Positions 1 through 10,117 of a DNA stretch of 64,000 bases are shown piece by piece. The notes under the pieces are model-generated. The model was not told the origin of the DNA. It did not search any database and saw nothing but the letters and a program-made list of their open reading frames with translations. The position numbers and the translations under genes are program-made. How positions within the stretch are numbered: the stretch's first letter is position 1; each line of letters starts with the position of its first letter. The stretch lies in NCBI GenBank assembly GCA_041665485.1, contig JBAYIT010000002.1, positions 133,867 through 197,866 on the forward strand. The letters are read 5' to 3'. Source of the DNA: Candidatus Shapirobacteria bacterium (lineage in GTDB: Bacteria; Patescibacteriota; Microgenomatia; UBA12405).

Positions 1-1
1 C

Positions 2-877
2 ATTGGCCTAGGTCTTTTCTTTGTTGGTCGGCAACTAAATCTTTACCAACTTCACCGCTACCGGCATCTACTTCTCATTATTAGCTGTGTTCTTATTTTA
101 CTTCCCATACTTTTAAATCAAATTACCCGCGGGTCACGTCGCTGGATTGACATCGGCCCCATTTCTTTCCAACCATCAGAAATCTCCAAACCTCTCTTAA
201 TGGCCAATATTTCTTATCAACAAATGCCTCTCCTTCATCTTATCCCGGTTTTGCTTATCTCTCTTCAGCCAGACCTGGGCAGTGCCATTTCCGTCTTCGC
301 CCTACTTATTCCGCTTGTCATTGTTAATAAAAAATACCTAATTACTGGAATAATAAGCATTTCGATTTTTCTTCTTCTGTCACCCGTGGCTTATCACTAC
401 CTTCTTCATCCTTATCAACAAAATAGGCTTACTCAATTTCTAAACCCCGCCTCCGATCCAAAAGGTCAAGGTTACAACGTTATTCAGTCAAAAATTGCCA
501 TTGGCTCCGGCGGTCTATTTGGTCGGGGTTACCGTAAAGGCAGTCAAGGACAATTACTTTTTTTGCCGGAGAAACACACCGATTTCATTTTTGCTGCCAC
601 CGCCGAAGAGAGGGGATTTATCGGCATTGTTGCTATTATTTTCTGTTACTATCTCCTGATTAAATCCCTAATTGTCAAAGCCCTGGTTAACTCAAAACCC
701 ATTTATACCGTCTTTACTCTTGGTATCGCCATTCAGATTTGGTTTCAAGTAACTATTAATATTGGCATGAATCTCGGACTTCTCCCGGTTACCGGTATTC
801 CTTTGCCATTTTTATCTGTTGGTGGATCTTCCATTATGGCCTTACTCTTCTCGCTTGGAATCATCCACTCCACCTGA
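2..877 (+). CDS. rodA: Rod shape-determining protein RodA (FtsW/RodA/SpoVE, SEDS family), 5'-truncated by window edge
   Basis: Frame is open from position 2 (RGSRRWI..FQPSE); motifs GYNVIQSKIAIGSGG, FLPEKHTDFIF, LPVTGIPLPFLSVGGSS. Confidence 0.9.
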   Translation: MGLGLFFVGRQLNLYQLHRYRHLLLIISCVLILLPILLNQITRGSRRWIDIGPISFQPSEISKPLLMANISYQQMPLLHLIPVLLISLQPDLGSAISVFALLIPLVIVNKKYLITGIISISIFLLLSPVAYHYLLHPYQQNRLTQFLNPASDPKGQGYNVIQSKIAIGSGGLFGRGYRKGSQGQLLFLPEKHTDFIFAATAEERGFIGIVAIIFCYYLLIKSLIVKALVNSKPIYTVFTLGIAIQIWFQVTINIGMNLGLLPVTGIPLPFLSVGGSSIMALLFSLGIIHST

Positions 878-892
878 TATAATTGCCAAAGT

Positions 893-1222
893 ATGAAATA
901 CGCCGTTATCTCGCTTTCCGGTAGCCAATACAAAGTTACTGAAGGCCAAACTGCCACTCTCGACAAAATTGAGGGTAAAGAAGGTGATAAAGTTACCACC
1001 GACCAAGTCCTGCTTATTTCCCAAGACGGAAAAGTTGAACTAGGCAAACCAACTATCAAAGATGCTTCTGTTGATTTCGAAATCGTCAAACATTACCAAG
1101 ACAAAAAAATTAAAGTCTTTAAATATAAATCAAAATCAAGGTATCATAAAACTCAAGGCTTCCGTGCCCAACTCACCGACATTAAAATTCTTGATATTAA
1201 AATTAAATCTAAAACTTTATAA
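893..1222 (+). CDS. rplU: 50S ribosomal protein L21
   Basis: MKYAVI..GSQYKV..G, KYKSKSRY.KTQGFR; precedes L27. Confidence 0.97.
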   Translation: MKYAVISLSGSQYKVTEGQTATLDKIEGKEGDKVTTDQVLLISQDGKVELGKPTIKDASVDFEIVKHYQDKKIKVFKYKSKSRYHKTQGFRAQLTDIKILDIKIKSKTL

Positions 1223-1245
1223 ACTTTATAACTTGTAACTAAAGA

Positions 1246-1497
1246 ATGGCCCACACTAAATCCCAAGGAAAAACCAATCAGAAATCTAATCGTCCCGGTC
1301 AGCGCCGGGGAGTAAAGGTTTTTGGTAGTCAAAAAATCAACACCGGTGAAATCATTGTTCGCCAGGTTGGTTCCAAGGTTCACTCCGGGCCGGGCACCAA
1401 AACCGGCAAAGACTTCACTATCTACGCTGTCCAATATGGTATTGTCAAGTTTTTCAAAAAACTCGGCAAGTCCTTTGTTTCGGTAGTCAAGGCCTGA
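1246..1497 (+). CDS. rpmA: 50S ribosomal protein L27
   Basis: MAHTKSQG, RRGVKVFG, GEIIVRQVG, GKDFTIYA. Confidence 0.97.
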   Translation: MAHTKSQGKTNQKSNRPGQRRGVKVFGSQKINTGEIIVRQVGSKVHSGPGTKTGKDFTIYAVQYGIVKFFKKLGKSFVSVVKA

Positions 1498-1547
1498 TAC
1501 ACAACATCTCACTTTTTCACGGCACTTTTTCATGATAATCTTTTTTC

Positions 1548-2390
1548 ATGAAAAGCATCTCCGAACTTCCCACCAATCAGCTTGAACCAAACCCCCTTCA
1601 ACCACGGGGCATTATCAGCCAAGAATCAATCAGTGAGCTAGTCGAGTCAATTAGAGAGCATGGTATTATCGAGCCTTTGATTGTTGCCAAAACTCCCGCC
1701 GGTTACCAAATAATTGCCGGCGAACGTCGCTGGCGAGCCGCTCGTTTTCTCAAAATTGAGCATGTTCCCTGTGTTGTTAAAGAAACTACCCCCCAACAGA
1801 TGTTGGAAATGGCCATTGTTGAAAATCTCCAAAGAAAAGATCTCAACCCCATTGAAAGAGCCAAAGCCTTTCTTCAACTCAAAGAGGAGTTTGCACTTGA
1901 CAACCATGCTATCGCCAAAAAAGTTAGTAAGAGTGTTCCCTATGTCATTAATTGCCTCCGTCTTTTGACACTACCAGACGCCATTAAAGATGGTTTACTG
2001 TCGGGGTTAATTAGCGAAGGCCACGCCAGAGCTTTAGCAGGAATCGACGACACTCGCCTAATGATTGAGGCTTATAAAATAATTCTTAAAGAAAAAGCTT
2101 CAGTTCGCCGGGCCGAAGAAATCGCCCGCCGGATGCGTCAACAAATTGAAGACGGCACCATTCCCATTACTAAAGAAAATCTCCCCCAATTCCTTAAATC
2201 CAAGCTTGACCAAATTAGCACTGATATTGAATCAATTTTTGATGATAAAACTGCCAAAGTTAAAATTTCTCAAACTAAAATCATTACCCGGATCACCTTT
2301 ACTTTTCACGGTCAAATCGATAATCGTTTCGAACACGTCAAAACCCTCTATCAAAACCTTTGCCATCAAGAACTTAAAGAAATTGACTAG
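1548..2390 (+). CDS. parB: ParB/Spo0J partition protein
   Basis: PNPLQPR, IIAGERRWRAA, AIVENLQRKDLNPIE, SEGHARAL. Confidence 0.95.
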   Translation: MKSISELPTNQLEPNPLQPRGIISQESISELVESIREHGIIEPLIVAKTPAGYQIIAGERRWRAARFLKIEHVPCVVKETTPQQMLEMAIVENLQRKDLNPIERAKAFLQLKEEFALDNHAIAKKVSKSVPYVINCLRLLTLPDAIKDGLLSGLISEGHARALAGIDDTRLMIEAYKIILKEKASVRRAEEIARRMRQQIEDGTIPITKENLPQFLKSKLDQISTDIESIFDDKTAKVKISQTKIITRITFTFHGQIDNRFEHVKTLYQNLCHQELKEID

Positions 2391-2983
2391 ATTCTAATTT
2401 TTGGCACCAAACCAACCGACGTTACCGGCCAATACTTAAAAAAGGCCCGCCCCACAATCAAGCTCTTTTTAATCGGGCCAAACTCCCGTCCATCCCGGGA
2501 ATGTGACCTGTTATCACCCAAACATAAAAACTCTCCCTGAGGTATCGTCTTTTCTACCCCTTCTTGAAGATAACTTCCCGGCTCACTCACATATTCAGCC
2601 GGTAAAAATGTTTCGTTTATCAACTGGCCGTTAACATACAGCTTACCCCCTTTCACCATCGCCGTATCCCCGGCCTTGGCCCTAATTCTTTTAATATATT
2701 CACACTCTTCTGCTGAACACGGCTCTGATGGGGGAGCCTTAAACACCACCACATCACCCACTTGAGGCTCACCCAATTGATAACTAATTTTGTCAGTTAG
2801 CAGATACTCTCCATTCGTAAAATTGGGCAACATTGAATTTCCTTTAACCTCGTTTGGTTGGGCCACAAATAAATAGACCAAGACAAACACCGATAAAGCC
2901 AAAACTATCGATTGGAAAAACTCCAAAATAAACCCTCCCACCGAAAACCCAGCCTGATTCTCGAATTTATTATTCATTTTCAT
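2387..2983 (-). CDS. lepB: Signal peptidase I
   Basis: N-terminal TM, GNSMLP (Ser), YIKRI (Lys), GDNRSHSRDGR; start chosen at the ATG 7 nt after TAAAAT. Confidence 0.95.
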   Translation of the reverse strand: MKMNNKFENQAGFSVGGFILEFFQSIVLALSVFVLVYLFVAQPNEVKGNSMLPNFTNGEYLLTDKISYQLGEPQVGDVVVFKAPPSEPCSAEECEYIKRIRAKAGDTAMVKGGKLYVNGQLINETFLPAEYVSEPGSYLQEGVEKTIPQGEFLCLGDNRSHSRDGREFGPIKKSLIVGRAFFKYWPVTSVGLVPKIRI

Positions 2984-3043
2984 AAGGAACATTTTATACC
3001 TCTAGCCCCTTTCTTGCTATAATCGAAATGCGGTCAACCACTA

Positions 3044-3086
3044 GGTCGTTTAGGAGCCCCCGCCACTGACGGGCTCAGTTGGTAGA
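3044..3086 (+). repeat. Duplicate of the tRNA-Val 5' end interrupted by a ~20-nt hairpin insert
   Basis: GGTCGTTTAG[GAGCCCCCGCCACTGACGGG]CTCAGTTGGTAGA versus tRNA GGTCGTTTAGCTCAGTTGGTAGA at 3097. Confidence 0.85.
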
Positions 3087-3096
3087 TTAAAAATTA

Positions 3097-3169
3097 GGTC
3101 GTTTAGCTCAGTTGGTAGAGCACTGCATTCACATTGCAGTTGTCGGGGGTCCGAGTCCCTCAACGACCA
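3097..3169 (+). tRNA. tRNA-Val(CAC)
   Basis: Acceptor GGTCGTT/AACGACC; anticodon arm CTGCA-TTCACAT-TGCAG; T loop TCCGAGT. Confidence 0.93.
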
Positions 3170-3236
3170 CATTCCTGCAAGCATTATTCAATTTTGATAT
3201 ACTTCGCTAACAAATATTCATTAAATAACAAAAACA

Positions 3237-3785
3237 ATGTCTAACAAACCAGAACTCCCCCCTAAAGCAGACTTATACAGGACAGAGGAACATAAACAAA
3301 TTACACAAATGGTAAGTGATTGTATGCGTCTAGGTCCTGGATTAAGAGTAATCTTTAACTTAAAGATTGGTACGACACCTACAAGTGTTCTAGAGGCTGA
3401 GCTAAGAACAGCACTGGAAGTCGCAGGTATTCTTGGTCAACAGGAAGAAACATGTCAATTGACTGTACAGAGCCCCTTTTATAAACACACATATATGGAT
3501 ACAGATTTTGGAGCACACCCCGAGTTATTAGATGAAAATCGGAATCCATTCCGACAAGATAGACAACCCGATAGACCGATTGGTTCTACCTACGATGAAG
3601 CAGGAGTATCACGTCCGATTCTTGTGGTTAATCCAACAGGTCGTCTAGCAAGTCTCAATGTACAAACATACAACCTAGTAGCTACTGCCATCGCTGGTAT
3701 ATCCTTCTCTACGGACCAAAATCTTCCATTGTCTCCCGCTTTAAGTGATAGTGGTAAAATAGTTCCCGTTCAAAGTTGGGAATAA
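3237..3785 (+). CDS. Hypothetical protein
   Basis: 182-aa ORF directly after tRNA-Val; more purine-rich than flanking genes; no motif recognised. Confidence 0.6.
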   Translation: MSNKPELPPKADLYRTEEHKQITQMVSDCMRLGPGLRVIFNLKIGTTPTSVLEAELRTALEVAGILGQQEETCQLTVQSPFYKHTYMDTDFGAHPELLDENRNPFRQDRQPDRPIGSTYDEAGVSRPILVVNPTGRLASLNVQTYNLVATAIAGISFSTDQNLPLSPALSDSGKIVPVQSWE

Positions 3786-3802
3786 AACATCGTTTCTCCT
3801 CC

Positions 3803-3830
3803 TACCACACCTCTCCCAATAAGTAATAAG
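3803..3830 (-). repeat. 28-nt direct repeat (25/28 identical to 4283-4310); relic of a paralogous gene 3' end
   Basis: TACCACACCTCTCCCAATA identical in both copies; both encode LLGEVW* on the minus strand. Confidence 0.85.
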
Positions 3831-3856
3831 ACAGACCAAGTGTATTTACCACCATC

Positions 3857-4282
3857 TTAAGCACTCAACTTATACCCACCTACTCCACTTTCCAAAAATT
3901 CCTCTTTTTCCTCCCACTCAACCTCTTCTGTTTTAACCAACATTCCTTGTACCAATTTCTGCCCCTTAGTTATACTCATCGATTTATCAGTAGGATTCAT
4001 AAACTCCATTAATACTTCATCCTTATCTCCGCAATAAAACGGATCAACCACTCCGGCTCCATGTGGCACGATTAACCCGGTCTTAAGAGGTGTGCTACTT
4101 CGGCTAAATAACAACATCACATAACCATGAGGAACCTGTATTGCCACGTTTAATGGTATTAACACGATTTTACCGGGATCAACAACCATGTCTTCTCTAC
4201 AGTAAAAATCAAAGCAAGCCGCACCCTTATCATATTCCGGCAACGGCAAACTTTTATCAATTCTCTTTATTCTTAATTTCAT
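3857..4282 (-). CDS. dut: dUTP diphosphatase (trimeric dUTPase)
   Basis: LPLPEY..GAACFD, RSS, GVVDPFYCG; ATG overlaps upstream stop (TAATG). Confidence 0.88.
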   Translation of the reverse strand: MKLRIKRIDKSLPLPEYDKGAACFDFYCREDMVVDPGKIVLIPLNVAIQVPHGYVMLLFSRSSTPLKTGLIVPHGAGVVDPFYCGDKDEVLMEFMNPTDKSMSITKGQKLVQGMLVKTEEVEWEEKEEFLESGVGGYKLSA

Positions 4283-6654
4283 TACCACACCTCTCCCAAT
4301 AGTTGATAAGCCATTGTTGCATTTGCCCAAATGGTGGCATTATCGCCCGTTACAGCCAATAATTTTTCTGCTTTTACACCACTAGTCGACCCAAACACAC
4401 TCGGATAAATTTTCCTTCCTCCCAAAAGCCTAGTGTTTATGTCTACTTTTAGTTTTAAATCAGTTGCCTTTTTCCTGGCCACGTCAGCCGTTGCCTTCGA
4501 CATTGAACTATTCTTCAAAACCAAAATAGTTGCCAGGTTATCAATTATTCGCGGACTAACGACCATTTCTTTAGTTATCTTCCTGAATTTAAACAAACTC
4601 TCCATTAACTTAGTTTCATTTCTAGCCGTTACCCAGCCGGAAAGTGCCAATAAATCAATATTGCCAGGATAGCTGGCCAGCAACAAATCATTATCACCTT
4701 TAATCAACCCATACAAATAATCTATTCCAACACTACCAGTCAATTGCATTTTTCCTGTATCTAGTATCATGTTTCTAGTCTCTCCCACCCCAATCTTTTC
4801 CTCAAAATACTGCCATAAATTATCATTATCACTTCTCCCTGTTACCAAGTGATAAGTTCCACCAGTTCCGGTTCCCGTCAAATTCACCTGGCACTGGCTA
4901 GGACCACTATTTATGACTACCCAGCCGTCAGTGTCTAACACTGGCGCTGTCATTCCGGCACACATTACTGCCATTGTCGCCGGCGAGCCCAAATAGAAAA
5001 CTAGTTTAGATGCCGAATAATCAACTGGAGTTACCACTGCCGTTACCCCTAAGCCTAACTCAGCCAGTACCTGATTAATCGACCCATCCACCATCGACCC
5101 ATGATTACTGGTAAGCGAGATTAATCCCGCCCCGGAAACTAAGGCGCTTTTCTTTAATACCGTTGCATCCCCCTCGCCAAAAGAACGGCTAATTGGCTTG
5201 CCATCCGGCCAGTAACCAAGCTTTCTTTCATAAGCGCTTGGTTCGCCCAAACTTAACCATTCCAGAGTTGGCTGGCCTATCGCCACCACTGTTTTCAATT
5301 TAGTCAAAATTGGCCCCAAAACGCTGTGGCTTAAAGCCCACTGATTCTGGGCCGATAAATTAGCCACCGGAATTACTCGAGAGCCGACTTTAGTGTAATT
5401 AAAGGTTGGCAACAGATCTTTAACCGATGGGGCAATTCGCCTAACTGTAGCTAATTCCGATTCGTCCTTCCCTCGGTTAAGGGTCAGTAAAACCTTAAGG
5501 GCAATTGAGCCAAAATCAAATTTGTCAGAAACCTGGGCTCCCATCCAAGCCTCATAAGCCTTAACCGCCCCGTAGTGCGGACTTCCCAAAGTAATCACTT
5601 TATTTAGTCGCGCATCGCTGGAATTAATTCTCGCCCAGTCGCTAGCCACCAATCCGCCCATGCTATGCCCCACCAAATCCACCTTTTCTCCCGCCAAAAC
5701 TTTACTATTAACAAAGGTATTAAAAGTCGTCACCGTCTCACTAATTGGCTTTCGCCAATCATAATTCCACACCCAAAAATCAGTGTTTTTAACTAATCCA
5801 TTATCTTCAAAGGCTTTAATCAAAGCATCGTAATTGCCAACAAACGGCGTCATGCTCCACTCATCCGCCCCCACCGTCTCTCCCGCCACCATCGCCCTTG
5901 GACTCCAACTCGCCCCCATGCCAGGAATGAGGATGATTTTGTTGTGATCAGGAGTTAACTCCCCCGAATATATAACCAAGTTATCGAATTCATTCCTTAC
6001 CTTTCTAGCAGAATAGTCACCCGCCCAATTTCGCAAACCAAAACCACCACTCATAATTTTCGGAAAAATCTGATCGTTATCAACGAATGTTAAAAACAAA
6101 ACTCCATCAAAAAAAGTTTCTATTTTATTACCAGTCAACTTTATTTTTATCTTATGTACGACACCCTGACTAAGGCTGACGGAAGGGGATACAGAAGGAG
6201 CCTTTACCTCAGCTAAATTGTAATAAACACCATTTCTATATTTAAATAGAGAAAAATTATTACAATCTTGAGGCCAGTATTGATCTAAATATCTGTAATC
6301 GATTAAATAATGAGTATTTTTATCAGGAGCAACCCTAAACATGTACTGCTGGTCTACCCCAGAAACACTTATCGCATCTAATTCAACGGTATAGTCAGAG
6401 CCAGTAAACCCCTTAGCGTAAACAAAGGAACTCTCACCTCGACCCACCTCACCAATCATTTTTCCACCATCGACTCTAAAAGAGCTAGAAACTGAGCCAT
6501 AACCGTCGTAATAATCCCACTTATTTAAATTACCAGACTCAAAGTTATCTTGAAAATAAACCACCCCAAATACGTCGTTTGAAGAAACAAAAAGGGCGAT
6601 AAAAAAGAAAATTAAACACGGAATCAACTTCAAGAGGTAAAATTCCTTCAGCAC
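4282..6654 (-). CDS. Secreted alpha/beta hydrolase (lipase/acyltransferase-like) with N-terminal beta-sandwich domain
   Basis: Signal-like N-terminus; IILIPGMGAS, YDWRK, GHSMGG nucleophile elbow, LGSPHYG, GDATV. Confidence 0.8.
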   Translation of the reverse strand: MLKEFYLLKLIPCLIFFFIALFVSSNDVFGVVYFQDNFESGNLNKWDYYDGYGSVSSSFRVDGGKMIGEVGRGESSFVYAKGFTGSDYTVELDAISVSGVDQQYMFRVAPDKNTHYLIDYRYLDQYWPQDCNNFSLFKYRNGVYYNLAEVKAPSVSPSVSLSQGVVHKIKIKLTGNKIETFFDGVLFLTFVDNDQIFPKIMSGGFGLRNWAGDYSARKVRNEFDNLVIYSGELTPDHNKIILIPGMGASWSPRAMVAGETVGADEWSMTPFVGNYDALIKAFEDNGLVKNTDFWVWNYDWRKPISETVTTFNTFVNSKVLAGEKVDLVGHSMGGLVASDWARINSSDARLNKVITLGSPHYGAVKAYEAWMGAQVSDKFDFGSIALKVLLTLNRGKDESELATVRRIAPSVKDLLPTFNYTKVGSRVIPVANLSAQNQWALSHSVLGPILTKLKTVVAIGQPTLEWLSLGEPSAYERKLGYWPDGKPISRSFGEGDATVLKKSALVSGAGLISLTSNHGSMVDGSINQVLAELGLGVTAVVTPVDYSASKLVFYLGSPATMAVMCAGMTAPVLDTDGWVVINSGPSQCQVNLTGTGTGGTYHLVTGRSDNDNLWQYFEEKIGVGETRNMILDTGKMQLTGSVGIDYLYGLIKGDNDLLLASYPGNIDLLALSGWVTARNETKLMESLFKFRKITKEMVVSPRIIDNLATILVLKNSSMSKATADVARKKATDLKLKVDINTRLLGGRKIYPSVFGSTSGVKAEKLLAVTGDNATIWANATMAYQLLGEVW

Positions 6655-6682
6655 TTAATCATGCTAAACAGTTAAAACCTCC

Positions 6683-7567
6683 ATGTCAAGCAAAAATAAT
6701 CAGTATGTTTCCGTAGTAATCGTTAATTACAACTCAACCAAGCACCTAAACAAATTACTAAAATCGACGCAAAAAATAGAAACAAATATCGGCGAAATAA
6801 TAATCATTGATAACGATTCAAAGGTTTTTGAAGAAATATTAAACATACCAAGATGGTTAGTAGGTAAAGTAATAATTCTAAAAAACCAAACAAATTTTGG
6901 ATTTTCTAAAGCCGTAAATCGAGGAATTAAAATAGCAAAACACAAACTCATATTACTATTGAATCCAGATACTCAAATAATTGATAACTCAATATCAAGC
7001 ACTATCCAAATAATTAGTAACAATAAGGATATAGGATTAATCGGAGGAAAATTAATATCAGAAGAAACAGGAAACGAACAACCCACTGCAAACACAAAAC
7101 CAACTGCGCTAACCGCCATTTTTGAGTTTACAATACTGAAAAAAATATTTCCTAACAATAGGTTCACAAAAAAATTCTGGCCAGAAAAAGATAAACACAT
7201 CTCATCACCCATAGAAGTCGAGAGTCTCTGTGGAGCATTCATAATCTTCAGAAAAGAAATAAAAAAACAAAAAATAAGATTTGACGAAAACTATTTTTTA
7301 TATCTAGAAGATTTAGATTTTGGCACCGAAATAAAAAACAATGGCTTAAAAGTGATATTCGACCCAAATTCCAAAGTTGTTCACAAGGGTGGCGCAAGCA
7401 GTAATAGCCGATATAACATAGAGTTGAAACATTGGTATGATTCTAGAAACTACTACTTCACAAAACACCTAAATAATAGCGAAGCGGTTATAATAAAGAT
7501 GATATTCAAACTAGAATTTTATTTACTAAAAATTTTCCATAAATTAAGAAAAACCCCAGAATACTAA
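6683..7567 (+). CDS. Glycosyltransferase family 2
   Basis: VSVVIVNYN, IIIDNDS, NFGFSKAVNRG, LLLNPD, FDENYFLYLEDLD. Confidence 0.93.
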   Translation: MSSKNNQYVSVVIVNYNSTKHLNKLLKSTQKIETNIGEIIIIDNDSKVFEEILNIPRWLVGKVIILKNQTNFGFSKAVNRGIKIAKHKLILLLNPDTQIIDNSISSTIQIISNNKDIGLIGGKLISEETGNEQPTANTKPTALTAIFEFTILKKIFPNNRFTKKFWPEKDKHISSPIEVESLCGAFIIFRKEIKKQKIRFDENYFLYLEDLDFGTEIKNNGLKVIFDPNSKVVHKGGASSNSRYNIELKHWYDSRNYYFTKHLNNSEAVIIKMIFKLEFYLLKIFHKLRKTPEY

Positions 7568-8337
7568 TGTCCCCAATCACCATCCTTCTCCTCACTAAAA
7601 ACGAATCGGAAAATATAAAGAAGTATTGGGGGTGGGTAGGGGAGTGCCCTAACATCAACCAAATAGTGGTTGTTGACGACTTTTCCACCGACGACACTCT
7701 TACTCAAATTAGTAAATTAAAAACTAAAAATTTAAAAGTTGACGTTTTTCAACGCCACCTCGATAACAACTTTTCTGCTCAACGCCAATTCGCTCTAACT
7801 AAAGCTAAAAATAACTGGATTCTTTGGCTTGACGCCGACGAGAAACCATCACCAGAACTAATTCGATTTATTAACAAAACTCAATTTTTAGAAAAAGTTA
7901 TTTATTCTTTCCCCCGCCAAGACCAATTCTTAGGCCAAATCTTAAAACACGGCGAAACCGCCAATCAGGTTTTTCTCCGCCTTTTCCTCAAAAACTCCGG
8001 CCATTTTGTTGGCGCCGTCCACGAAGTTTGGTCAACCAATCTAACTATTTCAAAAGTTAATTCTCCCATTTTTCATTTCCCCCATCAAAATCTCACTGGT
8101 TTTTTTCAAAAAATTAATTTTTACACTGATATCAAGGCCCAAGAACTTTATCAGCAAAAAATCAAAACCAATATTTTTCAAATTATTTTCTACCCCATCC
8201 TTAAATTTAAACAAAACTACATCTTTCGTCTCGGTTTCCTCGACTCCACTGCCGGCATGATTTTAGCCCTAGGTATGAGCTTTCATTCATTTTTAGTTCG
8301 GGCAAAACTATGGCACCTTTGGTCTCAACGATCTTGA
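7567..8337 (+). CDS. Glycosyltransferase family 2
   Basis: LLTKNE, VVVDDFSTD, WILWLDADE, VHE. Confidence 0.92.
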   Translation: MSPITILLLTKNESENIKKYWGWVGECPNINQIVVVDDFSTDDTLTQISKLKTKNLKVDVFQRHLDNNFSAQRQFALTKAKNNWILWLDADEKPSPELIRFINKTQFLEKVIYSFPRQDQFLGQILKHGETANQVFLRLFLKNSGHFVGAVHEVWSTNLTISKVNSPIFHFPHQNLTGFFQKINFYTDIKAQELYQQKIKTNIFQIIFYPILKFKQNYIFRLGFLDSTAGMILALGMSFHSFLVRAKLWHLWSQRS

Positions 8338-9392
8338 AAATAGCCGCCCTCACTTTTGTTTTCGGCCAATTAGCCCGACTAACTATTTTTGGTTTCAACT
8401 TCCCCTTGGTTGACATTATTATTATCTGTCTTGCCCTAACCTCTCTCCTTAGTCAAAGAAAACTTCTTAATTTCTCTCATCCATGGTGGAAGTTCATTGC
8501 CTATGCCTGGGTAATTCTATTAATAAATCTTATTATTCAAAAGTCTTTTACCTTAACCCCCGTTCTCTATCTTCTTCGCCTCACATCCTTATTGACCATA
8601 ATTATCACTTCTCCCAAAATAACCTCCAAAAATCTCCACTTTCTTGATCTCTGCCTAATCTCCCTTGTTATTTTCGGCCTAATCCAATATTTTGTCTGGC
8701 CAAACTTAACTTACCTGGATGCCACCGATTGGGATCCCCACCTCAACCGCCTAGTTGCCTCTTTTTTCGACCCCACTTTCACCGCTATTCTCTATCTCTT
8801 TTTCTTGCTAAGACTGGCCCTAAATCCATTTAAAACAAAATTAATTTACCTTAGTATTTTTTTTACATATCTTGCCACTGCCCTCACTTACAATCGCTCC
8901 GGATTTTTAAGCCTTTTTGTTGTTAGTTTTTTTATTGCCAAAAAATTATCACGTCCTACAATCTTTATTGCCACCACCATAACTATCTTATTAACTCTGA
9001 TTCTTCTCCCTCAAAAAGCCGGAGAAGGCAACCGTCTTGCCCGCACCTCAACTATCACCGCCAAAATCGAAAACTACCGCCAAGGTTTGAAATTATTCAA
9101 ACAGTCGCCAATTTTTGGCATCGGCTACAATACTATTGGCCTCCATCGCCCCGAAGTTAAACCCACCTCTCATGCCAAATGGGGCTTTGACGGCAGTCTC
9201 TTAAATGTTGCTATCACTACCGGCCTAATTGGTTTATCCCTTTTTCTCTCTGGACTATTTTTTGAATTTAAAGCCGGCAACCTGTTGTCTCAATCACTAC
9301 TTATTTGCCTCCTGGTTCACTCTCTCTTTAGCAATTCTCTACTTTTTCCCTGGACTCTTCTTTATTTTGGTTTGACTAAATATCGTAAGTAA
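8310..9392 (+). CDS. O-antigen ligase/polymerase (Wzy_C-like) membrane protein
   Basis: Multiple TMs; LTYNRSG, SPIFGIGYN, LVHSLFSNSL. Confidence 0.78.
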   Translation: MAPLVSTILKIAALTFVFGQLARLTIFGFNFPLVDIIIICLALTSLLSQRKLLNFSHPWWKFIAYAWVILLINLIIQKSFTLTPVLYLLRLTSLLTIIITSPKITSKNLHFLDLCLISLVIFGLIQYFVWPNLTYLDATDWDPHLNRLVASFFDPTFTAILYLFFLLRLALNPFKTKLIYLSIFFTYLATALTYNRSGFLSLFVVSFFIAKKLSRPTIFIATTITILLTLILLPQKAGEGNRLARTSTITAKIENYRQGLKLFKQSPIFGIGYNTIGLHRPEVKPTSHAKWGFDGSLLNVAITTGLIGLSLFLSGLFFEFKAGNLLSQSLLICLLVHSLFSNSLLFPWTLLYFGLTKYRK

Positions 9393-10095
9393 TTTCAATC
9401 TCTCTTTTGGCTTCATTTCCCGCCAAATCTCGAACTAAAATCAAAATCGGATTTTTCCCTGGACTCAATTGAAACTTAAGTTTGAAATTACCGCTGTCAT
9501 CAACCATAGCCAGCCGGCCATTAACTGTTACGTTTGCTCCCTTTTCTGCTTGGCCAACAATATCAAAGTCAGCATAATCCACCGTCAAAGTCGCCTCTGA
9601 GGGATTAGTCATTGTCAAAGTCGGTGGCATATCATCATAAATCACCGTGGTAGGTTTAGATGGTTCACTACTACCACTCTTTTCCGATGTCGCAATTGCC
9701 GTTAATAAGTTACTTCCTTTGTCAAGTGACACTTGCTCAAAAACAAACTCACCGGTCTCACTAGCATTAGTCTTGTCGTAAAGAACGTCGTCTTTCAATA
9801 GCTCTATCTCCAATCCAGGCTCAGAAACTCCACCTACATTGATCGTAGCACTATTGGTTGCTTCATAAGCGACAATCAACCGAGGTTGCGGTGGTGGAAT
9901 AACCTTCTCTTCCACTATTTTCTCTCTTCGACTTTTAACTTCACCCAACACGATCGAGAACTTAACCAAAAGTGGTAAGCCAAAGACCAAAACTGACACA
10001 AAAACCAGCAATGTCACCACTCCCAAGATAATTGTTTTCCTGGTAATTTGATCTTCTTCCTTCCTCTCTAATCTTGATCTTCTGAATTCCGCCAT
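9376..10095 (-). CDS. Membrane-anchored protein with bacterial Ig-like domains
   Basis: Single TM then two beta-rich repeats (V.L.KG.N, L..GKNPI...DLAGN). Confidence 0.7.
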   Translation of the reverse strand: MAEFRRSRLERKEEDQITRKTIILGVVTLLVFVSVLVFGLPLLVKFSIVLGEVKSRREKIVEEKVIPPPQPRLIVAYEATNSATINVGGVSEPGLEIELLKDDVLYDKTNASETGEFVFEQVSLDKGSNLLTAIATSEKSGSSEPSKPTTVIYDDMPPTLTMTNPSEATLTVDYADFDIVGQAEKGANVTVNGRLAMVDDSGNFKLKFQLSPGKNPILILVRDLAGNEAKREIEITYDI

Positions 10096-10117
10096 ATTTA
10101 TATATATTTTAACAAAG

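Noticed and set aside
3802-4310. DGR template/variable repeat pair (a bAvd-like gene exists at 45563)
   Set aside because: Only 28 nt, mismatches are not adenine-specific, and no reverse transcriptase is visible.
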